NCBI GenBank assembly: GCA_013205435.1
Contig: JABMMX010000056.1
Location: 1-40,552, forward strand
Direction: 5' to 3'
Length of the DNA stretch: 40,552 nt
DNA from: Deltaproteobacteria bacterium
GTDB lineage: Bacteria > Myxococcota_A > Bradymonadia > REDH01
Below the pieces are notes generated by a model. That model saw only the letters and a list, made by a program, of their open reading frames with translations. It had not been told where the DNA came from and made no database searches. Below are positions 27,680 through 35,365 of the stretch, one piece after another. A program made the translations under genes and the position numbers. Numbering within the stretch: position 1 is the first letter of the stretch; the number at the start of each line of letters is the position of its first letter.

Positions 27680-27707
27680 TCCCTCCACCCCTCGCCCCGC
27701 ATACGCC

Positions 27708-28286
27708 ATGGCGCTCCGCACCGTTGTCCTCTACCCCCACCCTGCTCTCACGACGCCGGCCGTACCTGTCACGGTGTTCGACGAGCAGCTCCATGCCTTC
27801 ATCGAAGACATGGCCGAGACCATGTATCACAGCCGAGGCGTGGGTCTCGCCGCCAACCAAATCGCGGTCCTGAAGCGGGTCGCGCTGGTGGATGTCGCCG
27901 AAGATGGCGAGCCGGCCCGGCGCATCGAGCTCATCAACCCGAGCGTGGTCGCGGCGAGCGGCAAAGGGCGACGCGAAGAGGGATGCCTCTCCTTCCCGAA
28001 CCTCTACGACAACATCGACCGCGCCACCGAGGTCACGGTCCAGTTCGTGAATCGCTTCAACGAGCCGCAGGAGATCACGGCAACGGGGCTGCTAGCGGTC
28101 GCTCTCCAGCACGAAATCGACCATCTCGACGGCAAGGTTTTCCTCGACCGGATGGGCCCCTTGCAGCGAGCCCTGGCGATGAAGCGCTACCGCAAGATCA
28201 TGGAGCGGCGCGCAGACAGCGCTGCTGCGCCCGCGGAGAAGCGCGTCGAGGGACCGCAGAATCGCCAGCCTCCCCGCAACGGCTGA
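27708..28286 (+). CDS. def: Peptide deformylase
   Basis: GVGLAANQI, EGCLS and QHEIDHLDG motifs. Confidence 0.97.
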   Translation: MALRTVVLYPHPALTTPAVPVTVFDEQLHAFIEDMAETMYHSRGVGLAANQIAVLKRVALVDVAEDGEPARRIELINPSVVAASGKGRREEGCLSFPNLYDNIDRATEVTVQFVNRFNEPQEITATGLLAVALQHEIDHLDGKVFLDRMGPLQRALAMKRYRKIMERRADSAAAPAEKRVEGPQNRQPPRNG

Positions 28287-28288
28287 AC

Positions 28289-29242
28289 ATGACCGCAAAG
28301 ATTGTCTTCATGGGCACGGCCGCCTTCTCGGTCCCTGCGCTGCGCATGCTGGCCGCCCGCACCGATGTGACCGTCTCGCTGGTCATCTCGCAGCCGAGCC
28401 GCGCTGCAGGTCGGGGCAAGCTGCCGACGCCACCGCCCGTGGCCGCCGCAGCGCTCGAAATGGGGCTCCGGCTCGAGCAGCCCGAATCGCTCAAGACCGA
28501 CGAGGTCCACGCGCTCCTGGAGGCAGAGCAGGCCGACCTGTTTGTGGTCGCAGCCTACGGTCAGATCTTGCGCCAGCGCACGCTCGACCTTCCCCGCCGC
28601 GGCTGCGTCAACATCCACGGCTCCCTGCTGCCGCGCTGGCGTGGAGCGGCCCCCATCTCCTGGAGCATCGCGGCAGGTGACGCAACCACGGGCGTGGCAA
28701 TCATGCAGATGGAGCGCGGCCTCGACACCGGCCCGGTCTTCGCGCAGCGCCCGCTCATGATTGGCGATACCGAGACGGCCGGCGAACTCCACGACCGGCT
28801 CGCGCTGCTCGGCGCCGACCTGCTCGCCGACCTGTTGCCAGGCATCCTCGACGGCAGCGCCGCAGCAGACCCGCAGCCCGCGCGCGGCACCACCTACGCC
28901 CGCATGCTGACGCGCGCAGACCGCACCATCCCCTTCTCGCAGCGGGCCGCCTCTGTCGCTGACTGGATCAACGGCATGACGCCTTGGCCCGGTGCCGCAG
29001 CCATGGTGGAGGGCGAACTGGTGCTGCTCTGTCGTGCTCGGCCCGTGGAGGGGAGCCACGCGCTGGAGCCCGGCCAGGTGGTCGCCGCCGACGCGCGCAG
29101 CGGCCTCTTCGTTTCCGCCGGCGAGGGCACCGTCCTCGAGGTTCTCGAGCTGCAGCGAGCGGGCAAACGGGTGATGCCGGCCAAGGTTGTGCTCAACGGC
29201 TGGTGCCCCGCTTCGGGAACGCGCTTCGAGCCGGTCGCTTGA
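28289..29242 (+). CDS. fmt: Methionyl-tRNA formyltransferase
   Basis: IVFMGT, VVAAYGQIL, NIHGSLLPRWRGAAPI, GLDTGP. ATG 28289 follows def. Confidence 0.96.
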   Translation: MTAKIVFMGTAAFSVPALRMLAARTDVTVSLVISQPSRAAGRGKLPTPPPVAAAALEMGLRLEQPESLKTDEVHALLEAEQADLFVVAAYGQILRQRTLDLPRRGCVNIHGSLLPRWRGAAPISWSIAAGDATTGVAIMQMERGLDTGPVFAQRPLMIGDTETAGELHDRLALLGADLLADLLPGILDGSAAADPQPARGTTYARMLTRADRTIPFSQRAASVADWINGMTPWPGAAAMVEGELVLLCRARPVEGSHALEPGQVVAADARSGLFVSAGEGTVLEVLELQRAGKRVMPAKVVLNGWCPASGTRFEPVA

Positions 29243-29940
29243 CCCAAACCACCCCATCATACGACAGCCTCTTGTGCGGCCTCGGCCCCTCCGTCGCCTG
29301 CGGCCTGGGCCACGGTCTGATGCTGCCGCTGGCGCGTGAAGCAGCGACGACGGCGCTCGGCGAGCCACTCCCGCAGGACGATGCGATGGCAGCAATGGCT
29401 GCGGCGCTTGGGGCCCTCGAGGCCGCTGCCCATACCGCCCTGCAGACAGGCCTTGGCGTGGTGCTGCTCTGGCCCCACCCGCCGGCCCGCTTCTCCACCT
29501 TTGCCCTGCCCGACTGGGCGGTGGCCGTGGTCACACCCGAACTGCCTGAAAGCGCATCGGAGGCCTCTGCCTTCCTCGGTAAGACGCTGATCGGCAAGGC
29601 GGCCGCCACCTTTGCGTCGCGCGCCGTCGCGGTCACCGAGGGGCTGCGAACAGGCAGCCTCGACCTGCTCCGCTTCGCGCTGGACGACGGCTCGCTCCAC
29701 GACCTGCTGGGCGCTGGCATCCCGGGCCTACAGCCCGCGCTTGCGGCCGCACGCGAAGAGGGGGTTGCCGCCGGACTCAGCCGCTTCCGCGGGCGCCGCT
29801 GCATCGTCGCACTTCACCCCGACGCCGACCGCGCAGCCGCTGCTGCAGCCGCTGCTGCGGAGCGCTGGCAATCACACACCATCTCCTGCGAGGTCACTCT
29901 GACCCGCTTTGCCCGCCGTCAGCCGGAGCCCTGCTCTTGA
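29239..29940 (+). CDS. Hypothetical protein, divergent homoserine kinase (GHMP)-like fold
   Basis: TTG start overlapping the fmt stop and TGA overlapping the rsmB start. C-terminal half resembles ThrB (VAVVTP...GSLDLLRFALDDGSLH...IPGL..AL.AAREEG), but canonical GHMP motifs are absent. Confidence 0.55.
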   Translation: MTQTTPSYDSLLCGLGPSVACGLGHGLMLPLAREAATTALGEPLPQDDAMAAMAAALGALEAAAHTALQTGLGVVLLWPHPPARFSTFALPDWAVAVVTPELPESASEASAFLGKTLIGKAAATFASRAVAVTEGLRTGSLDLLRFALDDGSLHDLLGAGIPGLQPALAAAREEGVAAGLSRFRGRRCIVALHPDADRAAAAAAAAAERWQSHTISCEVTLTRFARRQPEPCS

Positions 29941-31277
29941 ACGCCATCCCTCCCTCCGCTTCTCCGCCAGAATCGGCGCGTAGCCTCGCCGCACGCGTCG
30001 TCACCCGCGTTGTCGACGAAGGTGCCTTCAGCTCCATCACCCTCCGCTACCAGCTCGCTGCCTCGGCCCTCGAGGGCCGTGACCGCGGATTCACCACCGA
30101 GCTTGTCTACGGCACCGTCACCTGGCTCACCCCCATCGACGAGGCCCTCGAGGCCTGGATGACGCAGGGGCTCGGCAGCGTCCCGCCCCTCGCGCGCGCC
30201 GTCCTCCGCGTGGCAACATACGAGCTCCTGCGCCCCAACCGGCCCGGCGCAGCCCACGCTGTGGTGGACGAGGCTGTCTCCCAGATGCATGCCATCGGGC
30301 TCGGCCGCATCTCCGGTCTGACCAACGCTGTTCTCCGCAAGATCGCCCGCTTCGGCGCCCCCTTCGCCGCCCACCCCGACGCCTCCTCCGCGGCGACCCT
30401 CGCAACCTCGGGTTCGCTTCCGCTCTGGATTGCAGAACGTCTCCTCGCAGCCCGCGGCCCCGAAGGCGCCGCCGCCGCGATGGCCGCCTGGAACGGGAGC
30501 TCCGCCACCCATCTCCGCCTCCGCGTTCCACTCACAGATGCGCTCCGCGAGACCTTCACCGCCGAGGGCATCGAACCCCACCGCTCGGTACCGGGCTGCT
30601 TCGTCATGCGTTCCGGCAGCGCCATCAAGGTGGCCCTGCAGCTTGGCGACGATGTGGCTGTGCAGGATGCCGGCGCGCAGTGGATCGGGCTCGTCGCCGC
30701 TGATGGTCTGCCCGCAACGGCCCGCATCTGGGATGTCTGCGCCGGCCTCGGCAGCAAGGCTGTCCACCTCGCCGAACTCCTCCCCGAGGCGCAGGTGCTG
30801 GCGACCGACCTCCACGCCCACAAACTCAATGCAGCGCGCAAGGCCGCTGGCACCCTGCCCGGCCTCCGCTTCCTGCAGGCCGACGCAACTGCCGGCCCGC
30901 CGGGAGAAGAGGCAGGGCCCTACGACCTCATCCTGCTCGACGCCCCCTGCTCAGGGCTCGGCACCATCGGTCGGCACCCCGAGGTCCGCTGGCGGCGCAC
31001 ACCTGAAGACCTCACCGCAACCTCAACCCTTCAGCGCCGCCTCCTCGAGACTTCGGCGCCCCACCTCGCGGTCGGCGGACGCCTCGTCTACGCTGTCTGC
31101 AGCTGGGCACCCGAAGAGGGCCGCGAGGTCATCCGCGACTTCCTCGCCCGCCACGCCGACTTCGCCGAGGAGCCCCTCCCGGGCGAGAGCGAGCAGGAGC
31201 AGCCAGGCCGCCTTCTGTTCCCCGACACCGACGACACCGACGGCTTTTTCGTGGCCCGCCTCCGGCGCCTTTGCTAG
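29937..31277 (+). CDS. rsmB: 16S rRNA m5C967 methyltransferase RsmB/Sun (NusB-like N-terminal domain)
   Basis: DRGFTTELVYGT, AVVDEAV, NAVLR, VQDAGAQ, DVCAGLGSK, LLDAPCSGLG, LVYAVCS, DGFFVARL; canonical def-fmt-rsmB context. Confidence 0.92.
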   Translation: MNAIPPSASPPESARSLAARVVTRVVDEGAFSSITLRYQLAASALEGRDRGFTTELVYGTVTWLTPIDEALEAWMTQGLGSVPPLARAVLRVATYELLRPNRPGAAHAVVDEAVSQMHAIGLGRISGLTNAVLRKIARFGAPFAAHPDASSAATLATSGSLPLWIAERLLAARGPEGAAAAMAAWNGSSATHLRLRVPLTDALRETFTAEGIEPHRSVPGCFVMRSGSAIKVALQLGDDVAVQDAGAQWIGLVAADGLPATARIWDVCAGLGSKAVHLAELLPEAQVLATDLHAHKLNAARKAAGTLPGLRFLQADATAGPPGEEAGPYDLILLDAPCSGLGTIGRHPEVRWRRTPEDLTATSTLQRRLLETSAPHLAVGGRLVYAVCSWAPEEGREVIRDFLARHADFAEEPLPGESEQEQPGRLLFPDTDDTDGFFVARLRRLC

Positions 31278-31307
31278 TCGAAACGCGCTGCACATACGGA
31301 GACAGAG

Positions 31308-32003
31308 ATGCCGATCGCCAGACCCCTGCCGGGCCAGACCCTCATCGCCCCCTCGCTGCTCTCAGCCAACTTCGCCCGCCTCGGAGAGGATGTGGAGAAG
31401 GTCACCGCCGCGGGCGCCGACTGGCTCCATGTCGATGTGATGGATGGCCGCTTCGTGCCCAACATCACCATCGGCCAGCCCGTCGTCGCGGCACTCAAGA
31501 AGGTGGCGCGGGTGCCGCTCGATGTGCATCTCATGATCGCCGAGCCCGAGCGCTACATCGACAGCTTCATCGACGCCGGCGCCGAGGTCGTGACGGTCCA
31601 TGTTGAGGCCTCGACCCACCTCCATCGGACGCTGCAGGCCATCCGAGCGCGGGGCGTGCTGGCAGGCGTTTCGCTCAACCCGCACACGCCGCCCGAGGCC
31701 GTGGAGTGGGTGCTCGACAGCTGCGACCTGGTGCTCGTCATGAGCGTCAATCCGGGCTTCGGCGGGCAGTCCTTCATCCCCTCCGCGCTGCGCAAGATGG
31801 AGTGGTTCGCCAACCATGCCTCGCGCAACAACCTCGACTACATCATCGAGGTCGACGGCGGCGTGAACACCGAAAACATCGCAAGCATCGCCGCTGCGGG
31901 CGCCTCCGTCTGTGTGGCCGGAAACGCCGTCTTCAGCACCCCCGACTGGGGTGCCACGATCGAACTCCTCAAGCAGCGCGCCGCCGGCGGCAAGGTGAAG
32001 TAA
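31308..32003 (+). CDS. rpe: Ribulose-phosphate 3-epimerase
   Basis: IAPSLLSANF, HVDVMDGRFVPNIT, DVHLMI, MSVNPGFGGQ, EVDGGV. Confidence 0.97.
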   Translation: MPIARPLPGQTLIAPSLLSANFARLGEDVEKVTAAGADWLHVDVMDGRFVPNITIGQPVVAALKKVARVPLDVHLMIAEPERYIDSFIDAGAEVVTVHVEASTHLHRTLQAIRARGVLAGVSLNPHTPPEAVEWVLDSCDLVLVMSVNPGFGGQSFIPSALRKMEWFANHASRNNLDYIIEVDGGVNTENIASIAAAGASVCVAGNAVFSTPDWGATIELLKQRAAGGKVK

Positions 32004-32004
32004 G

Positions 32005-32988
32005 ATGAAGTTCGCAACCCGCAAAAACGGAACACGCGACGGCGAGCTCCTGCTCATCTCGGCCGACGCCAGCCGCGCCCTCTCGCTTGCAGCACTCGCC
32101 CCCAACCTGCAGTCACTCCTCGACCACTGGGAGGCCCTTCTGCCCCATGTGCGTGAGAAGGCCGCAGCGCTCGAGGCCGGCGATGCAAACGCGATCGCGA
32201 CCCCGTGGTCGGAGCTCCACTCGCCCCTGCCCCGCGCCTACGAATGGGTCGACGGCAGCGCCTTCATTCACCATGTGAAGCTGGTCCGGCGCGCGAGAAA
32301 GGCCGAACTGCCGCCCACGCTCAACACCGACCCGCTGGTCTACCAGGGCGGAAGCGGCGTCTTCCTCGCCCCCACAGACCCCATCACCTTCCCCACCGAC
32401 GCCTGGGGCATCGACTTCGAGTCCGAGGTCGCCATCGTGCTGGGCGACGTCCCGCGCGGCACCAAGGCCGGCGAGGTCGCGCCCTACGTGCGGCTCGTGA
32501 TGCTGGTCAACGACACCACCCTGCGTAACCTCATCCCCGATGAGCTCGCCAAGGGCTTCGGCTTCTTCGTCTCCAAGCCCTCCACCACCTTCTCGCCGCT
32601 GGCCCTCACCCCCGACGAACTCGGCGAGGCCTGGTCGGGCGGAAGGCTCCACCTGCCGCTCCGAAGCCTGCTCAACGGCACCCTCTTCGGCGACCCGAAT
32701 GCCGGCCCCGAGATGCACTTCAGCTTCTTCGAGCTCGTCGAGCACATCTGCCGCACCCGCGCCCTCACCGCCGGCACCATCGTTGGCAGCGGCACCATCT
32801 CCAACGAAAACCCCGCGAGCGGCTCCAGCTGCATCGTCGAGCGGCGCACCCTCGAAACGCTGGCAGACGGCGCGCCCAAGACCCCCTACATGACCTTCGG
32901 CGACAGCATCGAAATCAGCATGGTCGACGCGGCCGGCACGAACCTCTTCGGCACCATCTCCCAGACCGTCGCCAAGAGCGACAGATGA
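32005..32988 (+). CDS. Fumarylacetoacetate hydrolase family protein
   Basis: MKFAT...RDGEL, SPLPRAYEWVDGSAF, IDFESE, ND...RNLIP.ELAKGFGF..SKP, GTIVGSGT; coupled to maiA. Confidence 0.9.
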   Translation: MKFATRKNGTRDGELLLISADASRALSLAALAPNLQSLLDHWEALLPHVREKAAALEAGDANAIATPWSELHSPLPRAYEWVDGSAFIHHVKLVRRARKAELPPTLNTDPLVYQGGSGVFLAPTDPITFPTDAWGIDFESEVAIVLGDVPRGTKAGEVAPYVRLVMLVNDTTLRNLIPDELAKGFGFFVSKPSTTFSPLALTPDELGEAWSGGRLHLPLRSLLNGTLFGDPNAGPEMHFSFFELVEHICRTRALTAGTIVGSGTISNENPASGSSCIVERRTLETLADGAPKTPYMTFGDSIEISMVDAAGTNLFGTISQTVAKSDR

Positions 32989-33638
32989 CCGCAGCCAAGC
33001 CCATCCTCTACAGCTACTTCCGTTCGTCGGCCTCCTACCGCGTCCGGATCGGGCTGGCGCTCAAAGGCATCGATTACGACTACCGTGCAGTGCACCTCGT
33101 CGAGGAGGGCGGCGCCCAGTACAAGCCGGCCTACGCCGCGCTGAACCCCATGCACGAGGTGCCGAGCCTGCTCATCGATGGCCTTGTGCTATCGCAGTCG
33201 CTCCCCATCCTCGAATACCTCGACGAGACCCGTCCGGCTCCGCCGCTGCTCCCCGCCGACGCCTACGGGCGGGCCAAGGCGCGGCAGCTCGCCGAGTGTG
33301 TGAATGCCTCCATTCAGCCCCTGCAGAACCTTCGCGTGCTGAAGAAGCTCGAGACCGACTTTGGCGCGGTCGAAGACAGGCGTCGCGCCTGGGTCGCCCA
33401 CTTCATCCACAGCGGCTTTCGGGGCATCGAGGCCATCCTGCGCGACACGGCGGGCACCTTCGCCGTCGGCGATGCGGTCACCCTCGCCGACATCTGTCTC
33501 GTGCCACAGGTGGTAGGCTCCGCCCGGTTCGGCGTCACGCTCGAAGACTACCCACGCTTGGCTGCCGTAGCGGCCCACGCGGCTGCCCTCCCCGCCTTCG
33601 AGGCTGCTCATCCATCTCGGCAGCCCGACGCTCAATGA
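32985..33638 (+). CDS. maiA: Maleylacetoacetate isomerase (GST zeta)
   Basis: LYSYFRSSASYRVRIGLALKG, SQSLPILEYLDE, IQPLQNLRVL, AAHPSRQPD. ATGA overlap with the upstream gene. Confidence 0.94.
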   Translation: MTAAKPILYSYFRSSASYRVRIGLALKGIDYDYRAVHLVEEGGAQYKPAYAALNPMHEVPSLLIDGLVLSQSLPILEYLDETRPAPPLLPADAYGRAKARQLAECVNASIQPLQNLRVLKKLETDFGAVEDRRRAWVAHFIHSGFRGIEAILRDTAGTFAVGDAVTLADICLVPQVVGSARFGVTLEDYPRLAAVAAHAAALPAFEAAHPSRQPDAQ

Positions 33639-33656
33639 GGGGCCCGCACTCCAGCG

Positions 33657-33685
33657 TTGACGAGGCTTCCGGTTCCGTCTAGATG
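33657..33685 (+). promoter_or_regulatory. Putative sigma70-type promoter of tRNA-Pro
   Basis: TTGACG (33657-33662), 17-nt spacer, TAGATG (33680-33685). The -10 match is weak. Confidence 0.4.
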
Positions 33686-33716
33686 CGTCACCCTCCGCTT
33701 CGAGCGGAGCATCCAA

Positions 33717-33790
33717 CGGGGTGTAGCGCAGCCTGGTAGCGCGTCTGCTTCGGGAGCAGAAAGTCGCAGGTTCGAATCCTGTCACCCCGA
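33717..33790 (+). tRNA. tRNA-Pro (anticodon CGG)
   Basis: Acceptor CGGGGTG/CACCCCG plus A discriminator; D-arm with CCTGGTA loop; anticodon arm TCTGC-TTCGGGA-GCAGA; T-arm GCAGG-TTCGAAT-CCTGT. CCA is not encoded. Confidence 0.97.
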
Positions 33791-33868
33791 CTTCCCAAAC
33801 ATCATTTGTAGGCGCGGCCACCACGGGCGGGAGGCCAAGTTCAAAGGTCTCGACCTTCCGTCGCGCCT

Positions 33869-33897
33869 TTGACACTCTCCTCGCTGACGAGTATCCT
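33869..33897 (+). promoter_or_regulatory. Sigma70-type promoter for the zinc-ribbon gene
   Basis: Perfect TTGACA (33869-33874), 17-nt spacer, TATCCT (33892-33897); GGAG SD before ATG 33944. Confidence 0.7.
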
Positions 33898-33943
33898 CGC
33901 ACCCCTATGACTGTCGCTCGCGAAGTGTCTGGAGAAAAGCCCC

Positions 33944-35365
33944 ATGCATGTCGAATGTCCCAAGTGCGGAAGTCTGTGTCGCGTTGCAGACGAGGCTCTC
34001 CCGGAGGCTGGCGCCAATCTCCGGTGCGGCTCCTGCACGAATGTCTTCTTCGTTGCAGCCGACGCCGCTGGTTCCGTTCGCGTCGTCCAGGCCTCCGCCA
34101 GCGGCAACTATCCTGCAGCGGCAAGCGCCGAAGCCACCATCACGGGCAGCCTGCCCGCGACCACCTCCTCGCCGGCCATGACCGGCACAGCGCGAGCGAT
34201 GACCGGCGTCTACGCCGCCATCTCCGGCCTCGGAAACGAGGCCTCGACCGATGCCGCTCAGCCCGCCCTTAGCTCCGGCTCCGGGCCGCGTGTCGCGATC
34301 GACCCGCGCCTCACCGGCTCCACGGCAACGCTTCAGCCGCCCAGCGAATCCGACGTGGTTCCACCGCAGGGCGCTTGGCAGATTCGCGGCACAGACAGCA
34401 TGGTCTTCAACTTCATCGATGCTGGCGATGTGCAGATCTGGCTCAGCCGCCGCGACTCCCACGAGGGGCTCAGCGCATCGAACGATGGCGGCAAGGTCTG
34501 GAGCAACGTCGCCGACCTTCCCTACTTCGCCAAGGTCCTGGCCGCCGGCAAGCTCGGTGGCCGCCGCACAGGTGTAACGAGCGCCATCCCCCGCGCCACC
34601 GGCTCCTTCCAGAGCGTAGGCCCGCGCAGCGGCTCCGCGCCCGCGCTGTCCGGCAACGCACCGGCCGTTACAGGCGCGCAGCCTGCCGTCACCGGCAGCC
34701 AGCCCAAAGTCAGCAGCAGCGTCCTGCCCGTCACCAGTCTCGGCAACACGGGCGCGCATCCCGCCGTGACGGGCAGCAACCCACGCGTCACGGGCGCGCA
34801 GCCCGCCGTCACCGGCAGCAACCCACGCGTCACGGGGAGCAACCCGGCCATCACGGGCTCCATGCCCGCGATCCCTGTCGACAAGAAGGCCGCGGCAGCC
34901 CGTCAACAGGCCATCTTCGGGCTCATCGCCCGCCTTGTCGTTCTCATCGTCGTGGTCGGCGCGGGCTACTACGCCTACGACGCAATGTATGCCGAAGAGG
35001 TCCTCGAAATCCCCAATACCCCGGCCGGCGACAAACTCCGCTGGACCATGGCCGTCTTCAACCAGAAGCGCGGCGAAGTGACCGAGGACGAGATTCTGAA
35101 GAACTTCTCGCCCGAGGTCACAAGCAAGGTCACGCCTGCTGCATTGGTCGAGAACTTCATCTTCCTTGGTCGACAGAACGGATTCTACGAACTCATCTCG
35201 ATCGAAGAGGGTGCCACAGACCACAGCCTCATCGCTGTCATGCGGACCACCAACCTCAGCCTCGTCGAGCTCCGCATCACCACAGAGAACAAGCCCCCCT
35301 TCAGCTTCAAGTCGCTGGCCTTCGAAGAGACCAAGCGGCGTCCGAAGGGCTCGGGCTTCAACTAG
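33944..35365 (+). CDS. Zinc-ribbon (MJ0042-type) + GYF_2-like + repeat linker + TM + Cpe/LpqF-like periplasmic domain protein
   Basis: N-terminal CPKC...LRCGSC..VF; W-x-x-R...W..V.DLP.F GYF_2-like block; heptad repeats; TM IFGLIARLVVLIVVVGAGYY; 'IPNTPAGDKLRW' C-terminal domain. Confidence 0.8.
   Translation: MHVECPKCGSLCRVADEALPEAGANLRCGSCTNVFFVAADAAGSVRVVQASASGNYPAAASAEATITGSLPATTSSPAMTGTARAMTGVYAAISGLGNEASTDAAQPALSSGSGPRVAIDPRLTGSTATLQPPSESDVVPPQGAWQIRGTDSMVFNFIDAGDVQIWLSRRDSHEGLSASNDGGKVWSNVADLPYFAKVLAAGKLGGRRTGVTSAIPRATGSFQSVGPRSGSAPALSGNAPAVTGAQPAVTGSQPKVSSSVLPVTSLGNTGAHPAVTGSNPRVTGAQPAVTGSNPRVTGSNPAITGSMPAIPVDKKAAAARQQAIFGLIARLVVLIVVVGAGYYAYDAMYAEEVLEIPNTPAGDKLRWTMAVFNQKRGEVTEDEILKNFSPEVTSKVTPAALVENFIFLGRQNGFYELISIEEGATDHSLIAVMRTTNLSLVELRITTENKPPFSFKSLAFEETKRRPKGSGFN
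34649..34873 (+). repeat. 21-nt/7-aa coding tandem repeat [TS]G-x-x-P-x-[VI]
   Basis: Three units at 34649-34711 (SGNAPAV TGAQPAV TGSQPKV) and six at 34748-34873 (TGAHPAV TGSNPRV TGAQPAV TGSNPRV TGSNPAI TGSMPAI). Confidence 0.9.

Noticed and set aside
26663-27721. N-terminal half of the 702-aa minus-strand ORF 25613-27721
   Set aside because: Antisense to the Cys-rich lipoprotein; a clear signal peptide begins at ATG 26662.
30730-31105. RsmB motif deviations (DVCAGLGSK; YAVCS instead of YSTCS)
   Set aside because: Both catalytic cysteines are retained; probably ordinary divergence.
33717-33943. tRNA-Pro as an integration site for a genomic island
   Set aside because: No integrase, no duplicated tRNA 3' end noticed and no obvious compositional shift downstream.
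34649-34873. Tandem repeats as a possible CRISPR array (also 27122-27268)
   Set aside because: Units are in-frame multiples of 3 with synonymous variation, there are no unique spacers and no cas genes.
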